Shown: piece after piece, positions 54,422 through 64,000 of the stretch
Numbering within the stretch: the stretch's first letter is position 1
Layout of the letters: each line of letters starts with the position of its first letter
DNA from: Candidatus Krumholzibacteriia bacterium
Lineage (GTDB): Bacteria > Krumholzibacteriota > Krumholzibacteriia > Krumholzibacteriales > Krumholzibacteriaceae
NCBI GenBank assembly: GCA_023131975.1
Contig: JAGLYV010000054.1
Location: 5,191 to 69,190, forward strand
Reading direction: 5' to 3'
DNA length: 64,000 nucleotides
Position numbers and translations under genes: made by a program
Notes under the pieces: generated by a model
Told to the model about the DNA's origin: nothing
The model's database searches: none
Seen by the model: the letters and a program-made list of their open reading frames with translations, nothing else

Positions 54422-56586
54422 TGCCGAACAGGTATTCTGAATGGCGTATTCGCCTTGTCTCGATTATTGCCGCTCTAATTGTCTGCGTTCTTGTCTACAG
54501 AATCATCCAGGTCCAGATAATCCGTCATGATACTTATAGTGAAATGGCCCGAAAACAGCAGAAACGGAAGATCAACTGGCCTGCCAGGAGAGGGTCTATC
54601 TTCGACAGGAACGGTTATCCCGTCGCGGTATCCCACAATTCGTACGATATCGGTATTACACCCAGAGACTTTTCGCAGGCTGACGAGGCACTGAAAGAAT
54701 TATCCGAGGTCTCGGGGCGAAGCTTAAAGCAGCTGAGTCGGCTTTTGAGGAAGGATGCTCCGTACGTCCCCGTCGTGAAAGGTGTCAACCTGAGCGTTGA
54801 ACAGCATTTGAGGGTTTCTTCATTGCCTGGAGTGAAGCTCGATGCCTGTCCTGAAAGGCTGAATCCCCTGGGCGCTATGACACCCGGGTTTATCGGATCA
54901 GTCGATCACGGAGGTAATGGTAACGGTGGACTGGAGCTCTCCCTGCAGCAATATCTTCAGGGTTCGGATGGCTGGATTGTGATCAATAGAAGCGCGCGTG
55001 ATAAATCGTACAGGTCCGTGAACGCTCCAGGCAAGAAACCTGTGAATGGCCACAACATATTCCTGACAATAGACTCCGGGATACAGTCGATAGTCGATTT
55101 CGAACTCGAACAGGCCGTCGACCGATACGGAGCTGTCGGTGGAGCCGCGATAGTCATCGATCCCTGGACAGGAGACATCATCGCGTTTTCGGAAAAAGCT
55201 TCAAGCAGGGGGCGTGGATCGACCGATTGGAGGAGTTCCGGAACATTGTACAGCACCAGTTGCATCTTCGAACCGGGCTCGACTTTTAAACTCGTCACCG
55301 ACGCCTTCCTTCTGGAAAAGGGAAAAGTCGATCCATACGATGTCTTTTACGGTGAGAACGGAACAGCGAAATTCGATTTCGGCACTTTCCGGGACGATCA
55401 TCCCTATGAATGGCTGACTTTCAAGGAGTCTTTTGTCTTCTCAAGCAATATCTGCACGATAAAGGCGATGGGCGATACGGACAAAAGGGATTTTTACAGC
55501 TTTATACTGAACATGGGGTTCGGTGGCAGAACAGGAATCAGTACCCCTGCCGAATCGAAAGGCAGGCTTCGTGAAACAGACGAGTGGTCGGGCAGATCAC
55601 TGGCCAGCATATCGATCGGTCAGGAGATAGGAGTCACCGGGCTGCAGTTGGTAATGGCATATTGTGCCGTCGCAAACGGCGGGACCCTCGTAGCTCCGAG
55701 AGTGGCGCTGGAAGCACGGGACCAGGATGGCAGGACAGTGGAAAAATTCCCTGTTATCAAGGTCAGGCGGGTGTTTTCACCAGAGACAGCCGAGACGATG
55801 GTCGATTTTTGCAGAGGAGTGGTCAGGGAAGGTACCGGAACGAGGAGCGCGATCAGCGGGATTGAGATAGCCGGGAAGACCGGGACGGCCCAGAAATCGG
55901 ATGGTTACCGCTATATCGAGGGAAGATACGTGGCGAGTTTCGCGGGTTTCGCCCCGGCAGGCGATCCCAGGCTCGTCTGCCTGGTGATCCTCGACGAACC
56001 TGCCTACGCGTATCATTACGGCGGCACATCTGCCGGAGTCGCCTTCCGGAAAATAATAGAGGGAATAAACATGTCGACAGACATCTTCCTCGACAGGTCG
56101 AGAAGTATGGTGGCGATAGGCAGCGACGACGAAGAAAGAGTTGAAATCCCGAACCTTTTGAGGATGACAGCCGGTGAGGCGGAGACAGCGGCAAGGAAGC
56201 TGGGATTCAGGCTGGATTACAGTACTTCTGAAGGAGAGATATTTTCACAGGTCCCGGGTCCCGGGACCCTGGTCGAACCGGATGCTGGTATAGCTGTAGC
56301 CTTCAGGACAAGCGGAGTCGATACGAACAAGAAAGTATCGGTTCCCGATCTCAGGGGGCTTTCGATAAGAAAGGCTCGCAGAATGCTGATCGAATGCGGT
56401 CTGAAGTCATCTATCCGTGGATATGGAAGCGTGAGAAAGCAGACCCCGGGGGCTGGAGCAGTAGTCAGGGCCGGAGACAACGTGGTATTGCACTGCAGTT
56501 TTGGAAGCACGGCTCGCAGCCATGTCTCCGTACAGAGTTTTCGACGGGGTAGCCGAAGCGCAGATATCAGCAGGAGAAGAAATTGA
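54418..56586 (+). CDS. ftsI: Peptidoglycan D,D-transpeptidase FtsI (class B PBP) with two C-terminal PASTA domains
   Basis: The SxxK motif STFK, SSN and KTGT are present. Two PASTA repeats lie at the C-terminus (…LRMTAGEAETAARKLGF…; …LRGLSIRKARRMLIECGL…). Confidence 0.85.
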   Translation: MMPNRYSEWRIRLVSIIAALIVCVLVYRIIQVQIIRHDTYSEMARKQQKRKINWPARRGSIFDRNGYPVAVSHNSYDIGITPRDFSQADEALKELSEVSGRSLKQLSRLLRKDAPYVPVVKGVNLSVEQHLRVSSLPGVKLDACPERLNPLGAMTPGFIGSVDHGGNGNGGLELSLQQYLQGSDGWIVINRSARDKSYRSVNAPGKKPVNGHNIFLTIDSGIQSIVDFELEQAVDRYGAVGGAAIVIDPWTGDIIAFSEKASSRGRGSTDWRSSGTLYSTSCIFEPGSTFKLVTDAFLLEKGKVDPYDVFYGENGTAKFDFGTFRDDHPYEWLTFKESFVFSSNICTIKAMGDTDKRDFYSFILNMGFGGRTGISTPAESKGRLRETDEWSGRSLASISIGQEIGVTGLQLVMAYCAVANGGTLVAPRVALEARDQDGRTVEKFPVIKVRRVFSPETAETMVDFCRGVVREGTGTRSAISGIEIAGKTGTAQKSDGYRYIEGRYVASFAGFAPAGDPRLVCLVILDEPAYAYHYGGTSAGVAFRKIIEGINMSTDIFLDRSRSMVAIGSDDEERVEIPNLLRMTAGEAETAARKLGFRLDYSTSEGEIFSQVPGPGTLVEPDAGIAVAFRTSGVDTNKKVSVPDLRGLSIRKARRMLIECGLKSSIRGYGSVRKQTPGAGAVVRAGDNVVLHCSFGSTARSHVSVQSFRRGSRSADISRRRN

Positions 56587-58067
56587 AGCTGGGACGACTG
56601 ACAGATGGGATCCTCGTGCGGAATATTAAGGAAATTCCTGAAATTGATATTCTGGGGATAACTGTAGATTCGAGAGATGTAAAACCGGGGTACCTCTTCA
56701 TAGCGGTAAGCGGGCATGCGAAAGATGGACATGAATATATCGGACAGGCAGTCGAGAATGGGGCTGCCGCAGTCGTCGTTGAAAAAGATATAGATGCGAA
56801 AGTCCCGGTCATCGTGGTGGATGACAGCCAGGCAGCCGAATCTCTGCTGTCCAGAAGATTCTATGAAGAGCCTGATATGCGGATGGTGCTGGCTGGTATC
56901 ACGGGGACGAACGGCAAGACCTCCACGGCATTTCTTGTGCAGTCTGTTTTCGAGCGTGCGATGGGACAGACCGGTATAATCGGCACGGTAGGGAATGGTG
57001 TGGGAAAAGACATCAGACCGTCGGACCAGACTACACCAGGAGCTTCCAGCCTGATTCGGATGCTTGCGGGGTTCCGCGACAGCGGATGTCGTTCGGCAGT
57101 CATGGAAGTGAGTTCTCATGCCGCGGTCCAGGGAAGGACGACGGGGCTGGAATTCGATGTCGGTGTCTTTACCAACATAACAAGGGACCATCTGGATTAT
57201 CATGGCACATTCGAGGAATATATCGAGGCGAAACGGATCTTCGTCGATTCTTTGAACGCCTCCGGCAGGATGAAAAAAGAAGGCGTCCTGGCCTATAACC
57301 TCGATGACGGCAATGTACGGAATGTGGCTGAACTATACAAAGGAAGAAAAATATCTTTTGGTCTGGGCAGTGGCGCTGAGATCAGAGCCGGATCGGTCCG
57401 GGCCGACCTGAACGGAAGCACGTTCGTTCTGGAGACGCCTGATGGTAGTATCGATATCGCTCTGAAGCTGCTTGGAGGATTTTCCATCTACAACGCCCTG
57501 TCAGCCGCGACCGCTGCTATCGCGATCGGTATTTCTCTCGAAGATATCAAGTCCGGGCTGGAATCGGTAGCAGCGATTCCTGGAAGATTCCAGATTGTTC
57601 GCGTGAATGAAGGTCCGGTGGTTGTTGTCGATTATGCTCACACTCCCGATGCCCTGGAAAGCCTGCTCAGTTTCTGCAGGGAACTTGGTCCGGCGAACCT
57701 GATATCCGTATTCGGGTGTGGAGGAGACCGGGACCGTGGGAAACGACCGATGATGGGAAAGATAGCGGCAGAGATCAGCGATCGCGTATACGTGACCAGC
57801 GACAATCCCAGGATGGAAGACCCCGAGGCGATCATCGACGAAGTGATGGAAGGGGTCGGGGAGGGGACTACCAGCGTGACGAGGATAGCTGATAGAGGTG
57901 AGGCGATAGCGCTGGCGATCAGGGGGGCAGGAAAAGATGATCTGGTGGTTCTTGCCGGCAAGGGACACGAGGAGTACCAGGTGGTCGGAACGGATAAAAT
58001 ACATTTCAGTGACATAGAGGAAGCGGGCAAGGTCCTGCATGGCCTGGAGGTCGGATATCAGGATTGA
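56583..58067 (+). CDS. murE: UDP-N-acetylmuramoyl-L-alanyl-D-glutamate--2,6-diaminopimelate ligase
   Basis: GITGTNGKTST is present. The DNPR motif (TSDNPRMEDP) indicates meso-DAP specificity. Confidence 0.85.
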   Translation: MKLGRLTDGILVRNIKEIPEIDILGITVDSRDVKPGYLFIAVSGHAKDGHEYIGQAVENGAAAVVVEKDIDAKVPVIVVDDSQAAESLLSRRFYEEPDMRMVLAGITGTNGKTSTAFLVQSVFERAMGQTGIIGTVGNGVGKDIRPSDQTTPGASSLIRMLAGFRDSGCRSAVMEVSSHAAVQGRTTGLEFDVGVFTNITRDHLDYHGTFEEYIEAKRIFVDSLNASGRMKKEGVLAYNLDDGNVRNVAELYKGRKISFGLGSGAEIRAGSVRADLNGSTFVLETPDGSIDIALKLLGGFSIYNALSAATAAIAIGISLEDIKSGLESVAAIPGRFQIVRVNEGPVVVVDYAHTPDALESLLSFCRELGPANLISVFGCGGDRDRGKRPMMGKIAAEISDRVYVTSDNPRMEDPEAIIDEVMEGVGEGTTSVTRIADRGEAIALAIRGAGKDDLVVLAGKGHEEYQVVGTDKIHFSDIEEAGKVLHGLEVGYQD

Positions 58068-59481
58068 GTTCGAATGGATAGCTGAACAACTCAGAAAAAG
58101 AGGGTTCAAGAGAACCGTGTCTTTTGATGGAGAAGCCGCGGGGTTCACGATCGATACCCGTACCGACTGCCAGGGCAGGATCTATGTAGCTCTGAAGGGT
58201 GAGAATCTGGACGGGCATGATTTTGTCGGTGCCGCGGTCGATGGCGGAGCTTCGGCTGTAATCGTCGATCGCGACTGGATGATGGGATCGACAGATGTAG
58301 TGGAGGAATTACGGGAAAAAGGTTCTCTGATCCTCGATGTCGATGACACGCTGAAAGCTCTTCAGCATCTTGCTTTCCGATGGAGAGACAGGGTGGCCCC
58401 GAAGGTCCTGGCAATAACGGGGAGTACCGGGAAGACGGGAACGAAGGAGATCGCCAGATCGATACTGTCGGGGAGATACAGAGTGCATGCGACAGAGGGC
58501 AACTACAATAATCATATTGGCCTTCCGCTCACCATCCTTTCAATGCCTGAAGATACGGAAGTCCTTGTGGTCGAGATGGGAGCAAGTGGCAGAGGCGAGA
58601 TCGCGGTGCTTGCCGGGATCGCCAGGCCGGATGTCGGTGTGATTACGAATATCGGCCCCTCTCATCTGGAGTTTTTCGGAAGTCTCAAGGGCGTTGCCAG
58701 AGCAAAGTCAGAACTCATAGCCAGGATGAACGGGAAAAACACGGTCGTACTTCCAGCGGATGACGAGTTCTTCGAATATCTCAGTAGCAGGACTGAAGCA
58801 GAGATAATCTCCTTCGGGTTTTCGGAGAGCGCGGAATTCGGGATAAAAGATCTGACCAGCAGGGAAGACGCGGGGTTTTCCTTTTCACTGACCGGGACGG
58901 CGATGGAGACGAGAAGACATGGAAAGCACAATGTCCTGAACGCCGCGGCGGCAGTCGCCGCAGTATCCGTTCTCGGCCTCGGTCCTGACGACGCGGTAGC
59001 AGCGGTAGCCGCTTCCGAGCCGGTAAGAGGACGCGGAGTGATCTTCGACATAGCGGGATTGAAAGTGATCGACGATTCGTACAATTCGAACCCGGTTTCC
59101 CTGAGAGCAGCCATCGATTCATTCATGGAAATGGAGATCGAGGGAAAGAGATGGCTCGTACTTGGTGATATGCTGGAACTTGGAAAAACCAGCGCGGAAC
59201 TACACGCGGAGGCCGGTATTTATTGTGGAAAGGCGGGCGTGCACGGACTTCTGACTCTTGGGAAAGACACGGTCTCCCTGAGTAGAGAAGCAGCCGTTCA
59301 GAGAAAAGCCCCGGAATCGATAAGTCATTTCCTGGAAGTGGAGAAGCTGGCTCTGTATCTCGATTCGATGCTGGAGGGCGGGGATGCTGTCCTTATAAAG
59401 GGTTCAAGGGGAATGCATATGGAAATGGTCATCGAGGAACTCGAACGTCTTCGTGATTCAGAGAAAAGGAGAGTGGACTGA
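58039..59481 (+). CDS. murF: UDP-N-acetylmuramoyl-tripeptide--D-alanyl-D-alanine ligase
   Basis: The Mur ligase P-loop ITGSTGKTGTKE is present. It sits between murE and mraY. Confidence 0.8.
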   Translation: MAWRSDIRIEFEWIAEQLRKRGFKRTVSFDGEAAGFTIDTRTDCQGRIYVALKGENLDGHDFVGAAVDGGASAVIVDRDWMMGSTDVVEELREKGSLILDVDDTLKALQHLAFRWRDRVAPKVLAITGSTGKTGTKEIARSILSGRYRVHATEGNYNNHIGLPLTILSMPEDTEVLVVEMGASGRGEIAVLAGIARPDVGVITNIGPSHLEFFGSLKGVARAKSELIARMNGKNTVVLPADDEFFEYLSSRTEAEIISFGFSESAEFGIKDLTSREDAGFSFSLTGTAMETRRHGKHNVLNAAAAVAAVSVLGLGPDDAVAAVAASEPVRGRGVIFDIAGLKVIDDSYNSNPVSLRAAIDSFMEMEIEGKRWLVLGDMLELGKTSAELHAEAGIYCGKAGVHGLLTLGKDTVSLSREAAVQRKAPESISHFLEVEKLALYLDSMLEGGDAVLIKGSRGMHMEMVIEELERLRDSEKRRVD

Positions 59482-60566
59482 TGCTTTACCATCTCCTGTA
59501 TCCATTGAAAGAATACTTTTTCGCGTTCAACGTATTCAGGTATATCACTTTCAGGGCAGCCTACGCGACTGTGACAGCCCTGCTTATCTGCTTCATCTTT
59601 GGTCCAAAAATGATCAAGTGGCTTCAGAGGCTGCAGATAGGGCAGAGGATCAGGAAAGAAGTCCCCGACAGGCATAACGATAAAGCCGGGACGCCGACGA
59701 TGGGTGGGGTCCTTCTGATATCGGCCATTATTATTCCGACGCTGTTCTGGGCGAATCTTCGGAATCCATACATACAGGTAGCGATCGTTGTGACGATATG
59801 GACTGGGCTGATAGGGTTTCTGGACGATTACCTCAGCGTAGTGAAGAAAAGGGACAAGGGACTGGTAGGACGATATAAACTGCTTGGCCAGTTTTTGTTC
59901 GGGGCTATTCTCGGCATCTATCTCTACACCAATCCGCTCGTCGCGGAAGGAATGACAAGAACAGCGGTTCCTTTTTTCAAGGACCTCTATATAGACTGGG
60001 GATATTTCTATATCCCACTGGTGATGTTTGTGATTACGGGAACGTCCAACGCGGTCAACATCACCGATGGACTTGACGGACTTGCGACCGGTGTCGCCGC
60101 ATTCTGTTTTCTGGCCTTTGCGCTGCTCGCCTACCTGAGCGGGAACAGAGTCTTTTCCGAGTACCTGAACATTTTCTACCAGGAGGGAGCCGGAGAACTG
60201 GCCATCTACTGCATGTCAGTGGTCGGTGCCTCTCTCGGGTTCCTGTGGTTCAATACTCATCCGGCCCAGATCTTTATGGGCGATACCGGTTCGCTTGCGC
60301 TAGGTGGAGCACTCGGGACGGTTGCCGTTCTGTTGAAGAGTGAACTTCTCCTGCTCGTGATAGGAGGCGTGTTCGTCGCGGAGATCGTGTCCGTGATGAT
60401 CCAGGTGACTTCCTTCCGATTGACGGGAAAGAGAATCTTCAGGATGGCTCCGATCCACCACCACTTCGAATTAAAAGGATGGAGCGAGAGCCAGATAGTG
60501 GTGCGCTTCTGGATAGTCGCGGCGCTTTTCCTGTTACTCGGGATGAGCACCCTGAAACTTCGATGA
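59481..60566 (+). CDS. mraY: Phospho-N-acetylmuramoyl-pentapeptide transferase
   Basis: GTPTMGG, NAVNITDGLDGLA and the HHHFE motif are present. The start is a TGATG overlap. Confidence 0.9.
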   Translation: MLYHLLYPLKEYFFAFNVFRYITFRAAYATVTALLICFIFGPKMIKWLQRLQIGQRIRKEVPDRHNDKAGTPTMGGVLLISAIIIPTLFWANLRNPYIQVAIVVTIWTGLIGFLDDYLSVVKKRDKGLVGRYKLLGQFLFGAILGIYLYTNPLVAEGMTRTAVPFFKDLYIDWGYFYIPLVMFVITGTSNAVNITDGLDGLATGVAAFCFLAFALLAYLSGNRVFSEYLNIFYQEGAGELAIYCMSVVGASLGFLWFNTHPAQIFMGDTGSLALGGALGTVAVLLKSELLLLVIGGVFVAEIVSVMIQVTSFRLTGKRIFRMAPIHHHFELKGWSESQIVVRFWIVAALFLLLGMSTLKLR

Positions 60567-60602
60567 TCTTCAGTTGCCGGTGACCGGCAGAGGCAAGGAA
60601 GA

Positions 60603-61952
60603 ATGACTGACAAGGGAAATGAAATAACTCTGGTGCTGGGTCTCGCGAGGAGCGGTCTCGCGGCGCTGAGGCTTCTTGGCAGGGAAGGTGTGAAGGTCAG
60701 GGCGGCGGACGAGAATCAGGATATATCTTTGCCCGAAGATCTTGCGGGAATCGATCTGAGAAAAGGAAAACTCGATATTTCGGTACTCGATGGAGTATCG
60801 AGAATGGTGATCAGTCCGGGAGTGCCCGTCGATCATCCGATCGTCAGGGGAGCGAGAGAAACGGGAGTCAGAGTGATCAGCGAACTGGAACTGGCTTACA
60901 ACTATGTTTCGGCCCCTGTCATAGCAGTCACCGGCACGAACGGTAAATCGACCACTGTCTCAATGATCGGCGCGATACTTGAGGAGGCCGGTAAGGACGT
61001 AATAGTGGCGGGAAACGTCGGTATCCCATTCAGCTCGGTCGCTGGAGACCTTGGGCCGGAAGGTTATTATGTCATAGAAGTCAGCAGTTTCCAGCTGGAG
61101 GCCGTCGACAGATTCCGCCCCGTGTGCGCGGGGATCCTCAATCTTACGCCGGACCATCACGATCGATACGGAAACCTGGACGATTACTATGATACGAAGA
61201 AACGCATATATGCCAATTGCCGGAAAGAAGACAGGTTTTTCTATAATCATGATGATTCGAGGTGCAGGAGCGCGGCAGAAGAATTTCCGGGTACGATCAT
61301 TCCATTCTCGTCCGTGGGCAGGATCGACAGGGGCGTGTTTCTGGATGGAGACAGTCTTGTCAGGATACTTTCAGATGGAAGCGAAGAAAAGGTGATGGAA
61401 AGAAATGACCTCGGTGTCGTCGGCCTTCACAATGTAGAGAACGCGCTGTCCGCGATTGCCGCGGTGGAGTGTCTTGGGATCAGTGCTGAGGCATGCCGAC
61501 GGGCCTTGTCCTCGTTCAGGGGACTCAGACACAGGATGGAAAAGATAGCCGAGATCAGGGGTGTGTCTTTCTTCAACGATTCGAAGGCCACGAATGTGGA
61601 AGCCGCGGTAAAGAGTCTCATCGGACTGGACAGACCCGTGGTTCTGATCGCGGGGGGTTACAACAAGGGCGATGATTTTTCCGGTCTTCTGGAAATCGTT
61701 CAGAAGGTAAGAGCGGTTGTCACTCTGGGAAAAGCTGCTTCGTTGATCGAAGACGTTCTGGCCGGCAAGGTGGAGACATACAGGAGCGCGAGTATGGAGG
61801 ATGCGGTGGGGAAAGCGGCCGGAATAGCAGAAGAAGGGGACATGGTCATCCTTTCTCCGGCCTGCGCGAGTTTCGATATGTTTGATGATTTCGAACACAG
61901 GGGCGATGTCTTTGCTGAATGCGTCAATGATCTCAAAAGGAGTAAGGATTGA
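60603..61952 (+). CDS. murD: UDP-N-acetylmuramoylalanine--D-glutamate ligase
   Basis: IAVTGTNGKSTT is present and the MurD domain order is intact. Confidence 0.85.
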   Translation: MTDKGNEITLVLGLARSGLAALRLLGREGVKVRAADENQDISLPEDLAGIDLRKGKLDISVLDGVSRMVISPGVPVDHPIVRGARETGVRVISELELAYNYVSAPVIAVTGTNGKSTTVSMIGAILEEAGKDVIVAGNVGIPFSSVAGDLGPEGYYVIEVSSFQLEAVDRFRPVCAGILNLTPDHHDRYGNLDDYYDTKKRIYANCRKEDRFFYNHDDSRCRSAAEEFPGTIIPFSSVGRIDRGVFLDGDSLVRILSDGSEEKVMERNDLGVVGLHNVENALSAIAAVECLGISAEACRRALSSFRGLRHRMEKIAEIRGVSFFNDSKATNVEAAVKSLIGLDRPVVLIAGGYNKGDDFSGLLEIVQKVRAVVTLGKAASLIEDVLAGKVETYRSASMEDAVGKAAGIAEEGDMVILSPACASFDMFDDFEHRGDVFAECVNDLKRSKD

Positions 61953-63121
61953 AGAAGGGGTCTAAATACGATATGAACCTTTTCTTCGTGACGTGCCTGC
62001 TGGTAGCGCTGGGCCTCATAATGGTTTTCTCTGCCAGCCAGGTCATCGGCCGTGAACGGTTCAGCTCGTCATTCTTTTTTATTCAGCGCCACGCGATAAG
62101 AGTAGGAATCGGCATGTGCTGTCTTTTCGTTTTCATGAAGATCCCCTTTGGTATCTACAGGAAGGTCTCTGTGTGGGGACTCGGCCTGGCTGTAATGCTG
62201 CTTGTCTCGATCTTTATCTGGGGTCATGAAGCACGGGGCGCCAGTCGCTGGCTGCCGGTTTTCAAGTTCATGCTTCAGCCGGTCGAAGTCGCGAAGTTCG
62301 CCCTGATAATATTTATTTCAGCATGGATATCCGAGCGCAGGAAAAAGATAAAGGACCTCAAGACAGGTTATCTTCCGGTTCTCGGGATCGTGACCCTGAT
62401 GGCCGTTCTCGTGATATTGCAACCGAACGTGAGTAACGCGGCCCTGATAGTCGTGCTTTCCATGGTACTTCTGTTCATAGGCGGGTGCAGGATAATCCAT
62501 CTTGTGAGTTCAGCCGGGATAATGGCCGCTATCGCGGTTCCGGTCCTTTACAGCTTTCCTCATGTCAGGGAACGATTCTCCGGTCTTCTGGACAGTGGGA
62601 CAGATCTCCAGGGCCCCGGTTGGCAGTTGAACCAGTCGCTCATAGCGATAGGCTCGGGGTTTATCTGTGGTTGTGGTCCCGGCAGGGGGCATCAGAAATA
62701 CAGTTTTCTGCCGGACGCCCATACAGACTTCATCTATTCGATAATAGGCGAGGAATTCGGGCTCATAGGGACCCTGGTCGTACTCACGCTGTTTATAATC
62801 ATTTTCAAAAAGGCCGTGGGTACCGCGAAAAGGGCTCCAGACACCTTTGGATACCTGCTTGCGAACGGTATCGGACTGGCGATATTTTCTACGGCAATGA
62901 TCAATATCTCCATGACACTGGGTCTGCTTCCTGTCGTAGGTCTGCCGCTGCCTCTGGTGAGTTACGGTGGATCATCCCTCGTGACCTCGATGGCAGCTAT
63001 CGGGATACTGTTGAACATATCATCCCGCGGACGAAAACCCTCTAAACGAGCGGGGAAGGACATTGGACGGTCTGGCAGTGGAATATACGCGAGAAGACGT
63101 CCAGCGAAGGATACGGTATGA
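61949..63121 (+). CDS. ftsW: Peptidoglycan glycosyltransferase FtsW (SEDS family)
   Basis: About 10 TM helices are predicted. A SEDS region (…PDAHTDFIYSIIGEE…) is present. It sits between murD and murG. Confidence 0.85.
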   Translation: MKKGSKYDMNLFFVTCLLVALGLIMVFSASQVIGRERFSSSFFFIQRHAIRVGIGMCCLFVFMKIPFGIYRKVSVWGLGLAVMLLVSIFIWGHEARGASRWLPVFKFMLQPVEVAKFALIIFISAWISERRKKIKDLKTGYLPVLGIVTLMAVLVILQPNVSNAALIVVLSMVLLFIGGCRIIHLVSSAGIMAAIAVPVLYSFPHVRERFSGLLDSGTDLQGPGWQLNQSLIAIGSGFICGCGPGRGHQKYSFLPDAHTDFIYSIIGEEFGLIGTLVVLTLFIIIFKKAVGTAKRAPDTFGYLLANGIGLAIFSTAMINISMTLGLLPVVGLPLPLVSYGGSSLVTSMAAIGILLNISSRGRKPSKRAGKDIGRSGSGIYARRRPAKDTV

Positions 63122-64000
63122 AGTCGAAAAAAGGTATGAAATTGATATTCGCCGGTGGAGGAACGGGAGGCCACCTGTATCCGGCGCTTGCGGTCGCCGA
63201 ATTGATGTCTGCCCGTCACCCCGGATTCGAAGCTCTGTTTATAGGGACGAGATCCGGAATAGAAGCGAGAGTAGTTCCCGAATCGGGATACCGGATCAAG
63301 TTTATTTCCTCAAGGGGAGTGCGTGGGAAAGGGTTTGTCGGGAAGGTCATAACGATGGCCAGCCTCATGGTCGGGATCGTACAGGCCTCGATGATCATTT
63401 CGCGGTTCAAACCGGATCTGGTCTTTGGAAGTGGAGGGTACGCGAGCGCGGCAGTGATAATATCGGCGTTCATCCTGAGAAAAAGGATCGTTCTACAGGA
63501 GCAGAATTCTATTCCCGGACTCGCGAACAGGATGCTCGCTCCGTGCGCTAAAAGAATATATCTGGGTTTTGAGAGCGCCGCTGCATGGTTAAAAGGCCAC
63601 GCGGGGATCTCTGTCACTGGAAATCCATTGAGGACCCAGGTAAGCCAGGTAGTGGTGGACGCGGGAAAAGACACGAAAGCCGAATTCGGACTGCATGGCA
63701 GTAGTCCTGTCCTTCTGGTCTTTGGTGGAAGCCAGGGGGCAGCTTCCCTGAACAGGGCCGCGACCCGTTTCATCCTCGAAAACGAAGATATACAAGCCAT
63801 AGTACAGACCGGGAAAAAGGATTTTGAAAGGGTGAAAAATGAACTTGCTCCGGCAGGATCGAGAGTTTATGTATCTTCCTACATAAAGAACATCTACAAA
63901 GCCTATCTGGCTGCCGACATCGCTCTTGCCAGGTCCGGCGCTCTGAGCGTCTCGGAATTGATCGCGATGAGTCTGCCGGCCATTTTTGTTCCCTATCCGT
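63118..64000 (+). CDS. murG: UDP-N-acetylglucosamine--N-acetylmuramyl-(pentapeptide) pyrophosphoryl-undecaprenol N-acetylglucosamine transferase (3' truncated by window edge)
   Basis: The G-loop FAGGGTGGHLYPALAVA is present. The start is an ATGA overlap with ftsW. The ORF is open to the end of the window. Confidence 0.85.
   Translation, partial: MKSKKGMKLIFAGGGTGGHLYPALAVAELMSARHPGFEALFIGTRSGIEARVVPESGYRIKFISSRGVRGKGFVGKVITMASLMVGIVQASMIISRFKPDLVFGSGGYASAAVIISAFILRKRIVLQEQNSIPGLANRMLAPCAKRIYLGFESAAAWLKGHAGISVTGNPLRTQVSQVVVDAGKDTKAEFGLHGSSPVLLVFGGSQGAASLNRAATRFILENEDIQAIVQTGKKDFERVKNELAPAGSRVYVSSYIKNIYKAYLAADIALARSGALSVSELIAMSLPAIFVPYP

Noticed and set aside
1-64000. Search for CRISPR arrays, IS elements/transposases, integrases, tRNA and rRNA genes
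   Set aside because: No spaced direct-repeat arrays were seen by eye (gaps between called genes are all short), and no mobile-element-like ORFs, rRNA or tRNA-like sequences were found in the intergenic gaps. The window appears to be core chromosome with an accessory-looking glycan island but no visible mobility signatures.

Overview
This is a single-strand-biased, densely packed bacterial chromosomal segment of about 52% GC with many TTG/GTG starts and 4-nt overlaps between genes. It most likely comes from an uncultivated member of the FCB-group; that is an inference from a T9SS-type C-terminal sorting domain, a PASTA-bearing FtsI and TMEM260-like GT-C genes.

Gene order runs:
- prs (5' truncated), rplY/ctc, pth;
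- a ribosomal operon rpsF-rpsR-rplI that continues directly into the GDP-mannose genes (phosphomannomutase, mannose-1-P guanylyltransferase);
- a PpiC-type lipoprotein, a bifunctional-nuclease protein, a gamma-carbonic-anhydrase-like protein and an LpoA-like lipoprotein;
- on the minus strand, a tandem-Amidase_3 lipoprotein plus TonB;
- selA, an unusual pseudo-BY-kinase/SPOR fusion, smc and ftsY;
- an FMN riboswitch in front of ribD-ribE-ribBA-ribH-nusB;
- a roughly 26-kb glycan and glycosylation island (25.4-52.0 kb);
- the dcw cluster mraZ-(STAS-like insert)-rsmH-ftsL-ftsI(PASTA)-murE-murF-mraY-murD-ftsW-murG (murG is 3' truncated).

The glycan island holds three GT4 and two other GT2 enzymes, two polyprenol-P-sugar synthases (GT2), tandem DUF2723/TMEM260-like GT-C paralogs, YfhO and a PMT/ArnT-like GT-C. 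It also holds a GT2 fused to a WbaP-like phosphoglycosyl transferase with a degenerate motif, a flippase-like protein, Wzx, CapD, a FemAB-like transferase, two methyltransferases and a T9SS-CTD beta-propeller cargo protein.

I found no rRNA, tRNA, CRISPR array or mobile element. The most novel candidates are the lipid-linked (probably mannose-based) periplasmic glycosylation system, the pseudo-BY-kinase-TM-SPOR protein, and the STAS-like gene inside the dcw cluster sitting next to a textbook MraZ GTGGG operator.
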